A stretch of DNA of 64,000 nucleotides from Escherichia coli. Lineage in GTDB: Bacteria > Pseudomonadota > Gammaproteobacteria > Enterobacterales > Enterobacteriaceae. The notes under the pieces were generated by a model. That model was not told where the DNA came from. It did not search any database and was given only the letters and a program-made list of their open reading frames with translations. Location of the stretch: assembly GCF_003019035.1 (NCBI RefSeq), contig NZ_CP027447.1; one strand, written 5' to 3'. Below are positions 9,406 to 23,031 of the stretch, piece after piece. How positions within the stretch are numbered: position 1 is the stretch's first letter; the number at the start of each line of letters is the position of its first letter. The translations under genes were made by a program, and so were the position numbers.

Positions 9406-12086
9406 ATATCCTCATGAAATTCTTCAAGTTCAGGGGCTATTTGCTGGGGAAGTGTAACACGAAAACAGGCACCACCTTCCGGTCGGTTGAATGCGGTAAT
9501 GGTGCCGCCGTGTACATCCACAATCGCCCGACAAATTGCCAGCCCAAGCCCGACGCCCGGCACTGCCGACTCTTTATTCCCGCGGGCAAACTTATCGAAT
9601 ATCGTCTGCTCCTGGCCTGGCGGAAGACCGGGGCCGTTATCCCAGACATCCAGTTGTAGATTTTCGCCCTCAACGTGGGCATCGATACCAATTTCGGCCT
9701 GCGCACCCGCGTATTTCACCGCGTTCTCCAGCAGATTAATCAGCACCCGTTCAAAGAGTGGCCCGTCAACGTGGATTAAGGTCAGCGGCTCTGGCAGAGA
9801 AAGATTGATGGGCGACGATAAACCCGGTTCCAGCATTTGCAGCGCGCTGCCGACCACTTCTTCCAGCGTTAACCACTCTTTCTTCAAATTAAAGCCGCCG
9901 GACTGAATTCGCGCCATATCCAGTAGATTATTCACCAGTCGGGTCGTGTTCAGCACATGCTGGCGAATCTCGCTGGCCTGGCGGGCGTGGGGCGATCCTT
10001 CGCTTGCCAGATCGAGCGTTAAGATTTCTGCCTGACCGAACAGCACCGTAAGCGGCGTGCGTAAATCATGCGAAAGTGCCGCCAGCAGGGCATTGCGGAT
10101 CTGTTCTCGTTCGCTTGCCATCCGCGCCTGTTCTTCGCTGGCGGTCAGCGTCAGCCGCTCAAGGGCATTGGCGACTAACAGCGTAAACGTCTCCAGCAGG
10201 CGCTGCTGTTCCGGGATCATCAATTGACGCAGATTCCCCGGTTCCACCACCACCAGTCCGTAGGTTTTCTCGCCGCTTTTTAGCGGCAAAATCTGGTACG
10301 GTACACCGGGTAACGTGTCGGTGCCCGCGCCCGCAGGCAGGCCTTTATCAAAACTCCACTGCGCGATGGCATCGTCCCACGGCGTCATTCCTTGCGGATG
10401 TGTTAACGGCTGCAATTTACCGTTGTCATCGGGTAACAGCACCTGACTGCGGGCATGAAACGTGGAGGCAATAAATTGTTCGCTGGTGGCGGCGATGTCC
10501 TGCGGACTGCGGCCCACAGCCAGAGCTTTCGACATTTCATATAAGTGCCGTGTGCGTTGCTCGCGGTAACGGGCTACCCGCGCCTGATAACGCACGCCAG
10601 CAGTAAGGTTCCCGATCACCAGCCCGACGGTTAACATCACCGCGAAGGTCAGCAGATATTGCACATCAGAGACGGCGAGCGTGCCGCGTGGGGCGATAAA
10701 AAAGAGATCGAAACTCACTACATTAATGACGGTGGCGACCACCGAAGGCCAGCGTCCATAAAATAGCGCCACCACCACCACGCCAAGCAGATACAGCATC
10801 ACCAGGTTGGCGGCATCAAACGCCATCAGCCACTGCATGGCAATTAAGGTGATAACGGCGCATAACGCGGCGGCAACCACGCATCCCTGAATCTGTACCC
10901 GCCACTTGTCTTTAAAAGAGCGGCTATCCGGCGCGTTGTTAATCGTGCGGGCGGGTGGGTCATCAAGCGCGACCAGCACCTGATCGAGATCGGGGGCGAT
11001 ACGCGCCAGTCGGTCAGCAAACGTTTCCCGACGCCACCAGCGGCGCGAGGCCGGGCGACCGAGAATAATCTTGCCGAGATTATGTTCACGGGCATAACGC
11101 ACTACCGCTTTCTCTTCCGCTGGATCAGAAAGTGTTGCCGTCTCCGCGCCCAGCTCCTGCGCCAGACGTAAGGCGCTGAGAATTGCCCGACGTTTTTTCT
11201 CCGGTAAGCGATGCAGGGCAGGGGTTTCAACATACACCGCGTGCCAGACACTGCCCAGGCGCGAGGCCAACCGCGCCGCCGCGCGGACCAGTTTCTCACT
11301 GCCGGTGTTATGCCCGATGCATAAAAGGATCGCGTCGCGCGTGTGCCAGACTTTCTCTTCGCCAGGATGCCCCCGCCAGGCGCGCATTTGCTCATCTACG
11401 CGATCGGCAGTACGGCGCAGTGCCAGTTCGCGCAGGGCGATCAGATTGCCTTTGCGAAAAAAATGTTCAATGGCGCGCTCCGCCTGCCCGGCAATATAGA
11501 CTTTGCCTTCTTTCAGCCGCTGGCGCAGATCGTCCGGGGGCAAGTCCACCAGTACTACGTCGTCGGCGGCATCAAAAAAAGGATCGGGCACGGTCTCCCG
11601 TACCTGAATTCCGGTGACGCCGCTGACCACATCATTCAGACTTTCCAGATGCTGAACGTTAACGGTAGTGAAAACATCAATGCCAGCTTCCAGCAGCTCC
11701 TCAATGTCCTGCCAGCGTTTGGGATGACGAGAACCTGGCGCATTACTGTGCGCCAGTTCGTCCATTAAGATCAGTGCCGGACGGCGGGCGAGGGCGGCAT
11801 CGAGATCAAACTCGCTGATGTGCCGCCCACGGTACGCCTGGCGTTTTAACGGCAGAACAGCCAGCCCTTCCAGCATTGCGGCGGTATCTTTCCGCCCGTG
11901 GGTTTCTACCACGCCAACCACAATATCCAGCCCTTGCGCCCGCAGTCGCTGGGCTTCCGCCAGCATCGCCCAGGTCTTCCCGACGCCTGCGCAGGCACCG
12001 AAGAAAACTTTCAGCTTCCCCCGATGCGGCGCGGCAGTTTGTTCCAGCAGACGATCGGGGTCGGGACGTAAGGGTTCGTTATTCAT
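9402..12086 (-). CDS. kdpD: Sensor histidine kinase KdpD (894 aa)
   Basis: ORF 9402..12119 with start at [16 protein letters not shown]; KdpD N-terminal domain, Usp domain, 4 TM, HisKA/HATPase. Confidence 0.95.
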   Translation of the reverse strand: MNNEPLRPDPDRLLEQTAAPHRGKLKVFFGACAGVGKTWAMLAEAQRLRAQGLDIVVGVVETHGRKDTAAMLEGLAVLPLKRQAYRGRHISEFDLDAALARRPALILMDELAHSNAPGSRHPKRWQDIEELLEAGIDVFTTVNVQHLESLNDVVSGVTGIQVRETVPDPFFDAADDVVLVDLPPDDLRQRLKEGKVYIAGQAERAIEHFFRKGNLIALRELALRRTADRVDEQMRAWRGHPGEEKVWHTRDAILLCIGHNTGSEKLVRAAARLASRLGSVWHAVYVETPALHRLPEKKRRAILSALRLAQELGAETATLSDPAEEKAVVRYAREHNLGKIILGRPASRRWWRRETFADRLARIAPDLDQVLVALDDPPARTINNAPDSRSFKDKWRVQIQGCVVAAALCAVITLIAMQWLMAFDAANLVMLYLLGVVVVALFYGRWPSVVATVINVVSFDLFFIAPRGTLAVSDVQYLLTFAVMLTVGLVIGNLTAGVRYQARVARYREQRTRHLYEMSKALAVGRSPQDIAATSEQFIASTFHARSQVLLPDDNGKLQPLTHPQGMTPWDDAIAQWSFDKGLPAGAGTDTLPGVPYQILPLKSGEKTYGLVVVEPGNLRQLMIPEQQRLLETFTLLVANALERLTLTASEEQARMASEREQIRNALLAALSHDLRTPLTVLFGQAEILTLDLASEGSPHARQASEIRQHVLNTTRLVNNLLDMARIQSGGFNLKKEWLTLEEVVGSALQMLEPGLSSPINLSLPEPLTLIHVDGPLFERVLINLLENAVKYAGAQAEIGIDAHVEGENLQLDVWDNGPGLPPGQEQTIFDKFARGNKESAVPGVGLGLAICRAIVDVHGGTITAFNRPEGGACFRVTLPQQIAPELEEFHEDM

Positions 12087-12651
12087 CAAGCTTATCCAGC
12101 GCCAGATTGAGTTCGACAATGTTGACGACCGGCTGGCCGATATAGTTCACCAGCGGTTGTTGGCTGTATTTTGCGATCAGTTGCGTGAGCTGTTCAACGC
12201 TGAGATTACGCGCTTTCGCCACGCGTGGGATCTGCCAGGCCGCCGCTTGCGGGGTGATGTTATTGTCCAGCCCGCTTGCCGACGCCGTCACCAGTTCAAC
12301 CGGAACGCTCGTGCTGGCGTCCGGGTTAGCGGCCCGTAATGCGGCAACGCGTGCGGCTATCTGTTTATCCAGCTCCGGGTTACTGACTGCCAGATTGCTC
12401 CCGCCAGAAGCCTGTGGATTATAGGGCATTTCTGCTGTTGCCGACGGGCGACCATGAAAATAGCCGTTGCCGGTAAAATTTTGCCCGATTAATGCCGAAC
12501 CGCGCACCGTATCACCTTCACGAATCAATGAACCGTTGGCCTGCCAGGGAAACCACCATTGCCCCAGTGCGGTGGTCAGCAGCGGGTAAACGCCGCCAGT
12601 AATCAATAACAGAAAGAGAAATGTCGATAATGCCGGACGTAATCCACTCAT
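12079..12651 (-). CDS. kdpC: K+-transporting ATPase subunit KdpC (190 aa)
   Basis: Start [27 protein letters not shown]; operon position. Confidence 0.95.
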   Translation of the reverse strand: MSGLRPALSTFLFLLLITGGVYPLLTTALGQWWFPWQANGSLIREGDTVRGSALIGQNFTGNGYFHGRPSATAEMPYNPQASGGSNLAVSNPELDKQIAARVAALRAANPDASTSVPVELVTASASGLDNNITPQAAAWQIPRVAKARNLSVEQLTQLIAKYSQQPLVNYIGQPVVNIVELNLALDKLDE

Positions 12652-12659
12652 GGTAAACC

Positions 12660-14708
12660 TCACACCAGACCGCAAACGGTTAGCAGTAAATCAATGACTT
12701 TGATACCAATAAACGGCACCAGCAGCCCACCCAGACCGTAAATCCATAAGTTACGGCGCAACATGGCAGAAGCGGTAAGCGGTTTATAACTCACGCCTTT
12801 TAACGCCAGGGGAATCAAAAAGACGATAATCAAGGCGTTGAAAATCACCGCACTGAGAATGGCGGAGTCGGGCGAATGCAGGCGCATGATGTTCAGCGCA
12901 TTTAACTGCGGATACGTTGCCGCGAACGCCGCCGGAATAATGGCGAAGTATTTCGCCACATCGTTGGCAATGCTGAAGGTGGTCAGCGAGCCACGGGTCA
13001 TCAGCATCTGTTTGCCAATATGTACCACCTCGATCAACTTGGTCGGGTTGGAGTCGAGATCCACCATATTGCCCGCTTCTTTCGCCGCCTGAGTACCAGA
13101 GTTCATCGCCACCGCGACATCTGCCTGCGCCAGCGCCGGAGCATCGTTGGTGCCGTCGCCGGTCATCGCCACCAAACGGCCTTCCGCCTGATACTGACGA
13201 ATCAATGCCAGCTTGGCCTCCGGTGTCGCTTCGGCGAGAAAATCATCGACACCCGCTTCCGCAGCTATCGCGGCGGCAGTCAGACGGTTATCACCGGTAA
13301 TCATCACCGTTTTAATGCCCATTTTACGCAGCTGGGCGAAGCGCTCTTTAATACCGCCTTTGACGATATCTTTCAGCGCAATAACGCCCAGCACACGAGA
13401 ACCTTCCACCACCACCAGCGGCGTAGCTCCCTGACGCGCAACCTGATCGACTTTTTGATCAACATCGGCAGGGAAGTGACCACCGTTAGCCTCAACATGG
13501 CGGCGAATGGCATCGACAGAACCTTTACGGATCATGCGGTTGTCGATGTTGATCCCGCTCATCCGGCTTTGCGCAGTAAACGGTACAAAGGTGGCGTGAA
13601 GCGACTGCACATCGCGCTCACGCAGGTTAAAACGCTGCTTGGCGAGGATCACAATACTGCGGCCTTCCGGCGTTTCATCAGCCAGCGAAGCCAGTTGTGC
13701 GGCGTCAGCCAGCGTTTTTTCATCCACGCCCTGCGCAGGGATAAACTCCGACGCCTGACGGTTACCAAGTGTGATGGTGCCGGTTTTATCCAGTAGCAGA
13801 ACGTCAACGTCACCTGCCGCTTCAACTGCACGTCCGCTGGTGGCAATCACATTCGCGCCCAGCATCCGACTCATCCCGGCGACGCCAATCGCTGACAACA
13901 GGCCGCCAATAGTGGTTGGGATCAGACAGACCAGCAGCGCCACCAGTACCGTTACACTCACTGCATTACCGCCCCACGCGGAAAACGGCCATAGCGTGGC
14001 GGTTGCCAGTAAAAAGACGATAGTCAGGGCAATCAGGAGAATGGTCAGGGCAATCTCGTTCGGCGTTTTGCGTCGCTGTGCGCCTTCCACCATTGCGATC
14101 ATCCGATCCAGAAATGTCTCGCCGGGGTTAACGCTGCACTCAATCACCAGCCAGTCAGAAAGAATACGCGTGCCGCCAGTGACGGAGGCAAAATCGCCGC
14201 CGGATTCACGGATCACCGGTGCCGATTCCCCGGTGATGGCGCTTTCATCGACCGATGCGCCCCCTTCAATGACTTCACCATCGCAGGGGATAATATCGCC
14301 AGCTTCTACCAGCACGATGTCACCTTTACGCAGTTGAACGGCAGGAACTTTGTCCGCCGCAGCGCCATATTTCGGCTCACGCAGCTTGCGGGCAAAGGCA
14401 GTTTTTTTCACCCCTTTCAGACTGTTGGCCTGCGCTTTACTGCGGCCTTCTGCCAGCGCCTCGGCGAAATTAGCGAACAGTACGGTGACCCACAGCCAGC
14501 CGCTAATTGCCGCGCTAAACAGCGCATTGCCAGGCATCGCCCCGCTTGCCATCGCGATGCTAATACAGGTGGTCAGCAGACTGCCGATCCAGACGATAAA
14601 CATCACCGGATTGCGCCATTGCGCCTGCGGGTTTAATTTTTTCACCGCTTCTTTCAGCGCCTGAACGACAAGTGTTGGTTCGAATAGCGCCAGTTGTTTA
14701 CGACTCAT
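12660..14708 (-). CDS. kdpB: K+-transporting P-type ATPase subunit KdpB (682 aa)
   Basis: P-type ATPase motifs (DKTGT, TGDN, GDGTND). Confidence 0.95.
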   Translation of the reverse strand: MSRKQLALFEPTLVVQALKEAVKKLNPQAQWRNPVMFIVWIGSLLTTCISIAMASGAMPGNALFSAAISGWLWVTVLFANFAEALAEGRSKAQANSLKGVKKTAFARKLREPKYGAAADKVPAVQLRKGDIVLVEAGDIIPCDGEVIEGGASVDESAITGESAPVIRESGGDFASVTGGTRILSDWLVIECSVNPGETFLDRMIAMVEGAQRRKTPNEIALTILLIALTIVFLLATATLWPFSAWGGNAVSVTVLVALLVCLIPTTIGGLLSAIGVAGMSRMLGANVIATSGRAVEAAGDVDVLLLDKTGTITLGNRQASEFIPAQGVDEKTLADAAQLASLADETPEGRSIVILAKQRFNLRERDVQSLHATFVPFTAQSRMSGINIDNRMIRKGSVDAIRRHVEANGGHFPADVDQKVDQVARQGATPLVVVEGSRVLGVIALKDIVKGGIKERFAQLRKMGIKTVMITGDNRLTAAAIAAEAGVDDFLAEATPEAKLALIRQYQAEGRLVAMTGDGTNDAPALAQADVAVAMNSGTQAAKEAGNMVDLDSNPTKLIEVVHIGKQMLMTRGSLTTFSIANDVAKYFAIIPAAFAATYPQLNALNIMRLHSPDSAILSAVIFNALIIVFLIPLALKGVSYKPLTASAMLRRNLWIYGLGGLLVPFIGIKVIDLLLTVCGLV

Positions 14709-14730
14709 ATTCAGTGCTCACTCAATATCA

Positions 14731-16404
14731 TCAGGAGAGATATTCCGCCACCGGACCAAGCGCCAGGGCAGGGATAAAGGTCAGTGCGCCAACCAGCAAC
14801 ACGGTGCCGATTAACAGGCCAACAAACAGCGGGCCGTGCGTTGGCAATGTGCCGGAGCTGGCGGGTTGGCTCTTTTTACTCACCAGCGAACCGGCAATTG
14901 CCATCACCGGGATAATCACCCCGAAGCGCCCGACAAACATGCACAACGCCAGTAAACAGTTCCAGAATGGAGAGTTGGCGCTTAATCCGGCAAAGGCGCT
15001 GCCGTTGTTGTTAGCGGCGGATGACACGGCGTACAGCACTTCGCTAAAACCATGCGGGCCAGGGTTGAGCATGGCGCTACGTCCGGCGTCGGTCATCATT
15101 GCCAGCGCCGCGCCCATCAGCACCAGCGTCGGGGTGACCAGAATCGCCAGTGCAGTCAGTTTCATCTCGCGTACGTCGATTTTTTTACCCAGATATTCCG
15201 GTGTACGACCAATCATCAGCCCGGCAATAAACACCGCCAGCAGGACAAACAGCATCATGCCGTAAAGGCCGGAACCGACGCCGCCGAATACCACTTCACC
15301 AATTTGCATCAACCACATCGGCACCATGCCACCAAGAGCGGTAAACGAATCATGCATCGCAATCACCGCGCCGCAGGAAGCCGCCGTAGTCACGACCGCA
15401 AACAGGCTACTGACCAGCACGCCGAAACGGCTCTCTTTACCTTCCATATTGATGCTGCTGTCCGCGCCGAGCGCCAGCAGATGAGGATTACCCTGAACTT
15501 CTGCCCACATCACTACGCCTACGCAGATGACAAAAATCACCGACATCGCCCACAGCAACATGCGCCCCTGGCGACGATCGCCCGCCACTTCACCAAAGGC
15601 AAAGCACAGCGCTGTTGGGATCAAGAAAATCGCCAGCATTTGCACGAAGTTGGTCAGTGCGGTTGGGTTTTCAAACGGATGCGACGAGTTGGCATTAAAG
15701 AAGCCACCGCCGTTAGTACCGAGCATCTTGATCGCTTCCTGAGAAGCTACTGGCCCCATTGGTAACAGCTGTTGCGCTCCTTCAATGGTCGTCACAGCCT
15801 GATAAGGCTGAAAGTTTTGCAGTGCACCTTGTTGAATAAAAAACAGTGCGATCAACAATGCCACAGGGGCTAACACCCATAACGTGATGCGTAGCAGATC
15901 GACCCAGGCATTACCGAGCGTGCTCATGCTCTGGCGGGTAAACGCACGGATGAGGGCAAAAATCACCGCAATCCCGCTGGCGGCAGAAAGAAAGTTTTGC
16001 ACCGTTAAGCCCGCCATCTGGCTGAAATAGCTCAACGTGGTTTCACCGCTATAAGATTGCCAGTTGGTATTCGTGACAAAGCTGACGGCGGTATTGAGCG
16101 CCAGATCCCACGACAGCCCCGGCAACTGCTGTGGATTAAGCGGCAAATAGTGCTGACCGAGCAACATAAAAAACAGCACCGCCAGCCCCAGCATATTCAG
16201 GCCAAGAATGGCTGAGAGATACTGCTTCCAGTTCATCTCGCGGTCAGAGACGCCAAGCGCGCTAAAGAGTACGCGTTCAACGCCCGTCGTACCAGGAAGA
16301 GGAATATCATTAATCAGCCGCGCCAGCCCGCTGCCTAAAGGACGTGCCAGCACCATTAACACCAGTAAAAACGTGGCGATCAGTAAGAACCCTTGCGCAG
16401 CCAT
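14731..16404 (-). CDS. kdpA: K+-transporting ATPase subunit KdpA (557 aa)
   Basis: ORF 14731..16536 with start at [24 protein letters not shown]. Confidence 0.95.
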   Translation of the reverse strand: MAAQGFLLIATFLLVLMVLARPLGSGLARLINDIPLPGTTGVERVLFSALGVSDREMNWKQYLSAILGLNMLGLAVLFFMLLGQHYLPLNPQQLPGLSWDLALNTAVSFVTNTNWQSYSGETTLSYFSQMAGLTVQNFLSAASGIAVIFALIRAFTRQSMSTLGNAWVDLLRITLWVLAPVALLIALFFIQQGALQNFQPYQAVTTIEGAQQLLPMGPVASQEAIKMLGTNGGGFFNANSSHPFENPTALTNFVQMLAIFLIPTALCFAFGEVAGDRRQGRMLLWAMSVIFVICVGVVMWAEVQGNPHLLALGADSSINMEGKESRFGVLVSSLFAVVTTAASCGAVIAMHDSFTALGGMVPMWLMQIGEVVFGGVGSGLYGMMLFVLLAVFIAGLMIGRTPEYLGKKIDVREMKLTALAILVTPTLVLMGAALAMMTDAGRSAMLNPGPHGFSEVLYAVSSAANNNGSAFAGLSANSPFWNCLLALCMFVGRFGVIIPVMAIAGSLVSKKSQPASSGTLPTHGPLFVGLLIGTVLLVGALTFIPALALGPVAEYLS

Positions 16405-16481
16405 CAGAACGCCTCCGCATTGATCAGGGCATAAACCAGATAACCCAGTAATAAAAACACCAGCAACACGCCTGCACTCAC
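16404..16481 (-). CDS. kdpF: KdpF small subunit, apparently GTG-initiated (25 codons)
   Basis: Small hydrophobic ORF ending [20 protein letters not shown] overlapping kdpA start; GGAGG 6 nt upstream of GTG. Confidence 0.7.
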   Translation of the reverse strand: MSAGVLLVFLLLGYLVYALINAEAF

Positions 16482-16793
16482 AGTGCACCTCCAGTGGCCG
16501 AAAAGTGATATCGGAAGGGTAGAATTCTGGCTGCAAAGATTTCGCAAAAATCTGCGGGCGGGGTGTAAAAAAAGTATAAAAATGGCAAAAGCCATGATTT
16601 AACTGATGGTTAGTATTAATTTAACTTTTGTGTAACTTAATTACAGTGTGAATGTAAATAAACCATCAATAAGCAAAAATAAGTGGTCGGATGAGTAGTA
16701 AAATTACACAAAAGGCGGTACTATTTTCATCAGATAAACAAATTCATTTTTCCGGTGCCATTCACCGGGTAGATACAACAGGGGGAGAAAAGT

Positions 16794-17000
16794 ATGGAAC
16801 TTTACAGAGAATATCCTGCATGGCTTATCTTTTTACGCCGTACTTATGCGGTTGCAGCGGGCGTTCTGGCGCTGCCTTTCATGCTTTTCTGGAAAGACCG
16901 CGCCCGCTTTTACAGCTACCTGCACCGCGTCTGGTCGAAAACCAGCGAGAAACCGGTGTGGATGGATCAGGCCGAAAAGGCAACTGGTGATTTTTACTGA
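16794..17000 (+). CDS. ybfA: Small protein YbfA (68 aa)
   Basis: [68 protein letters not shown]; divergent from kdp promoter. Confidence 0.85.
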   Translation: MELYREYPAWLIFLRRTYAVAAGVLALPFMLFWKDRARFYSYLHRVWSKTSEKPVWMDQAEKATGDFY

Positions 17001-17021
17001 TTGCTGAGTTCTGAATACATT

Positions 17022-17056
17022 GAAAACCGCCAGCGGAAACGCTGGCGGTTTTTTTG
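17022..17056 (+). terminator. Rho-independent terminator after ybfA
   Basis: Hairpin aaaccgccagcggaaacgctggcggttt followed by T-run. Confidence 0.8.
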
Positions 17057-17243
17057 TATCAGGAAGATGTTCAGAGGAATATTTAGACACCGTTATACCA
17101 ATCGAAACATATATTCATAAAACATATATAAATATTTTCCTAATTGTTTCTATCTGACGGATATCTCACTTAAGGCTTTCTTATAAATCTGTAGGGTTTC
17201 GCCTGTCAGCAGACAAATAACCCGATAAAACAAGGATGAGCAG

Positions 17244-20200
17244 ATGAGCGGAAAACCGGCGGCGCGTCAGGGCGACATGACGCAGTATGGCGGTAGCATT
17301 GTTCAGGGTTCAGCCGGGGTACGTATTGGTGCTCCCACCGGCGTGGCCTGTTCGGTGTGCCCCGGCGGGGTGACGTCCGGCCATCCGGTCAATCCGCTGC
17401 TCGGTGCGAAGGTCCTTCCCGGCGAAACCGACCTTGCCCTGCCCGGCCCGCTGCCGTTCATCCTCTCCCGCACCTACAGCAGTTACCGGACAAAAACGCC
17501 CGCGCCGGTGGGGAGCCTCGGCCCCGGCTGGAAAATGCCCGCGGATATCCGCTTACAGCTGCGCGATAACACACTGATACTCAGTGATAACGGCGGCAGG
17601 AGCCTGTATTTTGAGCACCTGTTTCCCGGTGAGGACGGTTACAGCCGCAGCGAGTCACTCTGGCTGGTGCGCGGCGGCGTGGCGAAACTGGATGAAGGTC
17701 ACCGGCTGGCCGCACTCTGGCAGGCGCTGCCGGAAGAGCTTCGCCTGAGTCCGCATCGTTATCTGGCGACGAACAGTCCGCAGGGGCCGTGGTGGGTACT
17801 CGGCTGGTGTGAGCAGGTGCCGGAGGCGGATGAGGTGCTGCCCGCGCCGCTGCCGCCGTACCGGGTACTGACCGGGCTGGTGGACCGCTTCGGGCGCACA
17901 CAGACGTTTCACCGTGAGGCTGGCGGTGAATTCAGCGGCGAAATCACCGGCGTGACGGATGGTGCCGGGCGTCACTTCCGGCTGGTACTGACCACGCAGG
18001 CGCTGCGGGCAGAAGAGGCCCGGCAGCAGGCCATTTCCGGCGGGACGGAACCGTCCGCTTTTCCTGATACCCTGCCGGACTACACGGAATATGGCCGGGA
18101 CAACGGCATCCGCCTGTCCGCCGTGTGGCTGACGCACGACCCGGAATATCCGGACAACCTGCCAGCCGCGCCGCTGGTACGCTATGGCTGGACGCCACGC
18201 GGCGAACTGGCGGCGGTGTATGACCGCAGCGGCACACAGGTGCGCAGCTTTACTTACGATGATAAATACCGGGGCCGGATGGTGGCGCACCGTCACACGG
18301 GCCGGCCGGAAATCCGTTACCGTTACGACAGCGACGGGCGGGTGACAGAACAGCTAAACCCGGCAGGCTTAAGCTACACGTATCAGTATGAGAAAGACCG
18401 CATCACCATCACCGACAGCCTGGACCGCCGTGAAGTCCTGCACACGCAGGGCGAAGGCGGGCTGAAGCGGGTGGTGAAAAAGGAACACGCGGACGGCAGC
18501 GTCACGCAGAGTCAGTTTGACGCGGTGGGCAGGCTTAAGGCACAGACGGATGCCGCAGGCCGGACGACTGAGTACAGCCCGGATGTGGTGACGGGACTCA
18601 TCACGCGCATCACCACGCCGGATGGCAGGGCATCGGCGTTTTACTATAACCACCACAGCCAGTTAACGTCAGCCACCTGGCCTGACGGGCTGGAAATACG
18701 CCGGGAATATGATGAATCCGGCCGTCTGATTCAGGAAACCGCCCCTGACGGCGATATCACCCGCTACCGTTATGATAATCCACACAGTGACTTCCCCTGC
18801 GCAACGGAGGATGCCACCGGCAGCCGGAAAACCATGACGTGGAGCCGTTACGGTCAGTTGCTGACCTTCACCGACTGTTCCGGCTACCAGACCCGTTATG
18901 ACCATGACCGCTTCGGGCAGATGACGGCGGTGCACCGCGAGGAAGGCCTGAGCCAGTGCCGCGCATACGACAGCCGTGGACAGTTAATTGCGGTGAAAGA
19001 CACGCAGGGCCATGAAACGCGGTATGAATACAACGCCGCCGGTGACCTGACCGCCGTCATTGCCCCGGACGGCAGCAGAAACGGGGCACAGTACGATGCG
19101 TGGGGAAAGGCCGTCCGTACCACGCAGGGCGGGCTGACCCGCAGTATGGAATACGATGCTGCAGGACGGGTCATCCGCCTGACAAACGAAAACGGCAGCC
19201 ACACCACCTTCCGTTACGATGTACTCGACCGGCTGATACAGGAAACCGGCTTTGACGGCCGCACACAGCGTTACCACCACGACCTGACCGGCAAACTTAT
19301 CCGCAGCGAGGATGAGGGGCTGGTCACCCACTGGCACTATGACGAAGCAGACCGCCTCACGCAGCGCACCGTGAATGGCGAAACCGCAGAGCGGTGGCAG
19401 TATGACGAACGCGGCTGGCTGACAGGCATCAGCCATCTCAGCGAAGGGCACCGGGTGACGGTGCATTACAGGTATGATGAGAAAGGCCGCCTGACCGGTG
19501 AGCGCCAGACGGTGCATCACCCGCAGACGGAAGCACTGCTCTGGCAGCATGAAACCAGACATGCGTACAATGCGCAGGGGCTGGCGAACCGCTGTATACC
19601 GGACAGCCTGCCCGCCGTGGAATGGCTGACTTATGGCAGTGGTTACCTGGCAGGGATGAAGCTGGGTGACTCGCCCCTGGTGGAGTACACCCGCGACCGC
19701 CTGCACCGGGAAACGCTGCGCAGCTTCGGCCGTTATGAACTCACCACCGCTTATACCCCTGCCGGGCAGTTACAGAGCCAGCACCTGAACAGCCTGCAGT
19801 ATGACCGCGATTACACCTGGAACGACAACGGCGAACTCATTCGCATCAGCAGCCCGCGCCAGACCCGGAGTTACAGCTACAGCGACTCCGGCAGGCTGAC
19901 CGGCGTTCACACCACCGCAGCGAACCTGGATATCCGCATCCCGTATGCCACGGACCCGGCAGGTAACCGCCTGCCCGACCCGGAGCTGCACCCGGACAGC
20001 ACCCTCAGCATGTGGCCGGATAACCGTATCGCCCGTGACGCGCACTATCTTTACCGGTATGACCGTCACGGCAGGCTGACGGAGAAAACCGACCTCATCC
20101 CGGAAGGGGTTATCCGCACGGATGATGAGCGGACTCACCGGTACCATTACGACAGCCGGCACCGGCTGGTGCACTACACGCGGACACAATATGCAGAGCC

Positions 20201-21443
20201 GCTGGTCGAAAGTCGCTATCTTTACGACCCGCTGGGCCGCAGGGTGGCAAAACGGGTGTGGCGGCGTGAACGGGACCTGACGGGCTGGATGTCGCTGTCA
20301 CGGAAACCGGAAGTGACCTGGTACGGCTGGGACGGCGACCGGCTGACCACGATACAGAACGACAGAACCCGCATCCAGACGATTTATCAGCCGGGGAGCT
20401 TCACGCCACTCATCAGGGTCGAAACTGCCACCGGTGAGCTGGCGAAAACGCAGCGCCGCAGCCTGGCGGATGCGCTTCAGCAGTCCGGCGGCGAAAACGG
20501 TGGCAGTGTGGTGTTCCCGCCGGTGCTGGTGCAGATGCTCGACCGGCTGGAAAGTGAAATCCTGGCTGACCGGGTGAGTGAGGAAAGCCGCCGCTGGCTG
20601 GCATCGTGCGGCCTGACGGTGGCGCAGATGCAAAACCAGATGGACCCGGTGTACACACCGGCGCGAAAAATCCACCTGTACCACTGCGACCATCGCGGCC
20701 TGCCGCTGGCGCTTGTCAGCACGGAAGGGGCAACAGAATGGTGCGCAGAATACGATGAGTGGGGCAACCTGCTGAATGAAGAGAACCCGCACCAGCTGCA
20801 GCAGCTCATCCGCCTGCCGGGTCAGCAGTATGATGAGGAGTCCGGCCTGTATTACAACCGCCACCGCTATTATGACCCGCTGCAGGGGCGGTATATCACT
20901 CAGGATCCTATTGGGCTGAAGGGGGGATGGAATTTTTATCAGTATCCGTTGAATCCGGTTCAGTATATAGATTCAATGGGACTGGCATCAAAATATGGAC
21001 ACTTAAATAATGGCGGATATGGAGCGAGACCCAACAAACCGCCTACGCCCGATCCAAGTAAATTGCCAGACATAGCGAAACAATTAAGACTGCCATATCC
21101 TATTGACCAGGCCAGTAGTGCGCCTAATGTTTTCAAAACATTCTTCAGAGCATTAAGCCCTTACGACTACACACTGTATTGCAGGAAGTGGGTAAAACCA
21201 AATCTGACTTGTACGCCACAGGATGATCCCCAGTATCCAGGGATGGATACAAAGACAGCAAGTGATTACCTGCCACAGACAAATTGGCCAACAACTCAAT
21301 TACCACCAGGATATACTTGTGCAGAACCCTATTTATTCCCAGACATTAATAAACCCGATGGGCCAGCAACAGCAGGGATAGATGATTTGGGTGAAATTTT
21401 AGCTAAAATGAAACAGAGAACATCGAGAGGAATAAGAAAATGA
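17244..21443 (+). CDS. rhsC: Rhs family protein RhsC (1399 aa): N-terminal PAAR-like region, YD-repeat core, PxxxxDPxGL cleavage motif, variable C-terminal toxin tip
   Basis: Repeated YD motifs (YRYDxxGRL), conserved core ending ...[17 protein letters not shown], then about 170 aa Cys/Pro-rich tip; upstream context ybfA as for rhsC. Confidence 0.9.
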   Translation: MSGKPAARQGDMTQYGGSIVQGSAGVRIGAPTGVACSVCPGGVTSGHPVNPLLGAKVLPGETDLALPGPLPFILSRTYSSYRTKTPAPVGSLGPGWKMPADIRLQLRDNTLILSDNGGRSLYFEHLFPGEDGYSRSESLWLVRGGVAKLDEGHRLAALWQALPEELRLSPHRYLATNSPQGPWWVLGWCEQVPEADEVLPAPLPPYRVLTGLVDRFGRTQTFHREAGGEFSGEITGVTDGAGRHFRLVLTTQALRAEEARQQAISGGTEPSAFPDTLPDYTEYGRDNGIRLSAVWLTHDPEYPDNLPAAPLVRYGWTPRGELAAVYDRSGTQVRSFTYDDKYRGRMVAHRHTGRPEIRYRYDSDGRVTEQLNPAGLSYTYQYEKDRITITDSLDRREVLHTQGEGGLKRVVKKEHADGSVTQSQFDAVGRLKAQTDAAGRTTEYSPDVVTGLITRITTPDGRASAFYYNHHSQLTSATWPDGLEIRREYDESGRLIQETAPDGDITRYRYDNPHSDFPCATEDATGSRKTMTWSRYGQLLTFTDCSGYQTRYDHDRFGQMTAVHREEGLSQCRAYDSRGQLIAVKDTQGHETRYEYNAAGDLTAVIAPDGSRNGAQYDAWGKAVRTTQGGLTRSMEYDAAGRVIRLTNENGSHTTFRYDVLDRLIQETGFDGRTQRYHHDLTGKLIRSEDEGLVTHWHYDEADRLTQRTVNGETAERWQYDERGWLTGISHLSEGHRVTVHYRYDEKGRLTGERQTVHHPQTEALLWQHETRHAYNAQGLANRCIPDSLPAVEWLTYGSGYLAGMKLGDSPLVEYTRDRLHRETLRSFGRYELTTAYTPAGQLQSQHLNSLQYDRDYTWNDNGELIRISSPRQTRSYSYSDSGRLTGVHTTAANLDIRIPYATDPAGNRLPDPELHPDSTLSMWPDNRIARDAHYLYRYDRHGRLTEKTDLIPEGVIRTDDERTHRYHYDSRHRLVHYTRTQYAEPLVESRYLYDPLGRRVAKRVWRRERDLTGWMSLSRKPEVTWYGWDGDRLTTIQNDRTRIQTIYQPGSFTPLIRVETATGELAKTQRRSLADALQQSGGENGGSVVFPPVLVQMLDRLESEILADRVSEESRRWLASCGLTVAQMQNQMDPVYTPARKIHLYHCDHRGLPLALVSTEGATEWCAEYDEWGNLLNEENPHQLQQLIRLPGQQYDEESGLYYNRHRYYDPLQGRYITQDPIGLKGGWNFYQYPLNPVQYIDSMGLASKYGHLNNGGYGARPNKPPTPDPSKLPDIAKQLRLPYPIDQASSAPNVFKTFFRALSPYDYTLYCRKWVKPNLTCTPQDDPQYPGMDTKTASDYLPQTNWPTTQLPPGYTCAEPYLFPDINKPDGPATAGIDDLGEILAKMKQRTSRGIRK

Positions 21444-22009
21444 AAAGAATTTTGTTCTTTTTGCTGATGATATTTGTTAGTTTTGGTGTTATAGCTGATT
21501 GCGAAACACAAGCTAAAGATCAAGATTGCTTTACCATTTTCACTAAGGGTACTATTTTTTCCGCGTTTCCTGTCTTAAATAATAAAACCATATGGAGATG
21601 GTATCAGAATGAGGACATAGGTGAGTATTATTGGCAAACAGAACTTGGTATATGTAAAAATAACAAATTCACACCAAGCGGGGCGAGACTCTTAATTCGC
21701 GTCGGATCACTACGCCTTAATGAAAATCATGCAACCAAAGGAACGTTGCAGGAGTTGCTAAATACAGCAGAAAAAACGGCGTTTCTCGGCGATCGGTTTA
21801 GAAGTTATATAAGAGCGGGTATCTATCAAAAAAAGAGCAGTGATCCAGCTCAGTTGTTGGCAGTCCTTGATAATTCAATCATGGTTAAATATTTTAAAGA
21901 TGAGAAGCCAACTTATGCTCGAATGACAGCACATCTCCCGAACAAAGATGAGTCTTACGAATGTTTAACAAAAGTACAGCATGAACTGCTTCGTAGTGAA
22001 GAAAAATAA
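21440..22009 (+). CDS. Putative RhsC immunity protein with signal peptide (189 aa)
   Basis: ATGA overlap with rhsC stop; N-terminal signal peptide [19 protein letters not shown]; AT-rich. Confidence 0.7.
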   Translation: MKRILFFLLMIFVSFGVIADCETQAKDQDCFTIFTKGTIFSAFPVLNNKTIWRWYQNEDIGEYYWQTELGICKNNKFTPSGARLLIRVGSLRLNENHATKGTLQELLNTAEKTAFLGDRFRSYIRAGIYQKKSSDPAQLLAVLDNSIMVKYFKDEKPTYARMTAHLPNKDESYECLTKVQHELLRSEEK

Positions 22010-22177
22010 AATCTCTTCCTGAGAAAATAAATTAACTATTCGAAAAAATATGTTCTTAATGGGTATCCAGGTACACCAGAAGGTCGATTTGGAAAAATGG
22101 ATTCCGATGGTAAGAATATCATATATTCTGAATGTAATGTTTTACCCACAACTTTTGAGATTCGATAGGTGTAGAGC

Positions 22178-22480
22178 ATGAGAAACTCACTAATATTACT
22201 TATTATGATATTGTTTACAATATCACACTCAGTATTTGGAAAAGAAAATTCAGTGGAAATTTTAGTAAATAGTCGTGAAATGGCTTTGGAATTATCATAT
22301 GTTTACATTAAATATGTATACGGGAAAGAAAAAGCAGAATTTCAGAAACCATATAGTATTACAGATGACAATAATTGTTGGAAAATCGAGGGAAAACAAC
22401 CGAAGACGTTAGGAGGAAATTTTACAATACTAATAGCGAAAAAAGATGGGCAAGTGTTGAATGTAATACACACAAAATAA
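22178..22480 (+). CDS. Small secreted hypothetical protein, possible orphan immunity protein (100 aa)
   Basis: Signal peptide MRNSLILLIMILFTISHSVFG; AT-rich; preceded at about 22060-22170 by an in-frame peptide-like remnant (GYPGTPEGRFGKMDSDGKNIIYSECNV) lacking a start. Confidence 0.45.
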   Translation: MRNSLILLIMILFTISHSVFGKENSVEILVNSREMALELSYVYIKYVYGKEKAEFQKPYSITDDNNCWKIEGKQPKTLGGNFTILIAKKDGQVLNVIHTK

Positions 22481-22823
22481 TCCACTGTACAGTCGATTCA
22501 AATATTTTACCAAGGTGTGTTTTGTAACAATTTTGTGTACAATATGACTCTACATATCGACGAAAAAACCACTTGATTTGACAGGAACACATTCAAAAAA
22601 ATTTCTTTATTCATTTCAGGAGCGATTTTCATCTGTTACTTGAAGTATCTGTGAGATTAAGTGACTCCCCCTAACGTCGTACTAAATAGTAATTACTGTC
22701 CATACCGGGAGCAGTATTCGGCGCTCCCCACATGCAGCAGAATAACCGCATCAGCGAAGATGTATTGTATTTTTACTATCACAATGTGTACGGACGGTTT
22801 ATGGAAAAGAATGAAAATTAGAT

Positions 22824-22992
22824 ACGCGATGGGGCGGCAGGTTACACGGTTATCACTACGATAGCCAATACTGGCTGGTGCATTACCGCCGTGAACAATA
22901 GGACGCCGTACTGCTGGAAATTTCTTACCTTTATGACTCCCCGCGCCGCCGTATTGGGAAACGGGAAGCAATCAAGATGAGGCTGATATAAT
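22824..22992 (+). pseudogene. Degraded Rhs core remnant with in-frame stop
   Basis: Translation YHYDSQYWLVHYRREQ*DAVLLEISYLYDSPRRRIGKRE parallels RhsC core [45 protein letters not shown]. Confidence 0.65.
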
Positions 22993-23031
22993 GTGCGGAA
23001 TGCCTGAGTATTTTTAGAATAGGGGGGTAAT

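Noticed and set aside
16691-16990. 99-aa ORF overlapping ybfA in another frame
   Set aside because: ybfA (16794..17000) matches the known small protein; the overlapping frame has no support.
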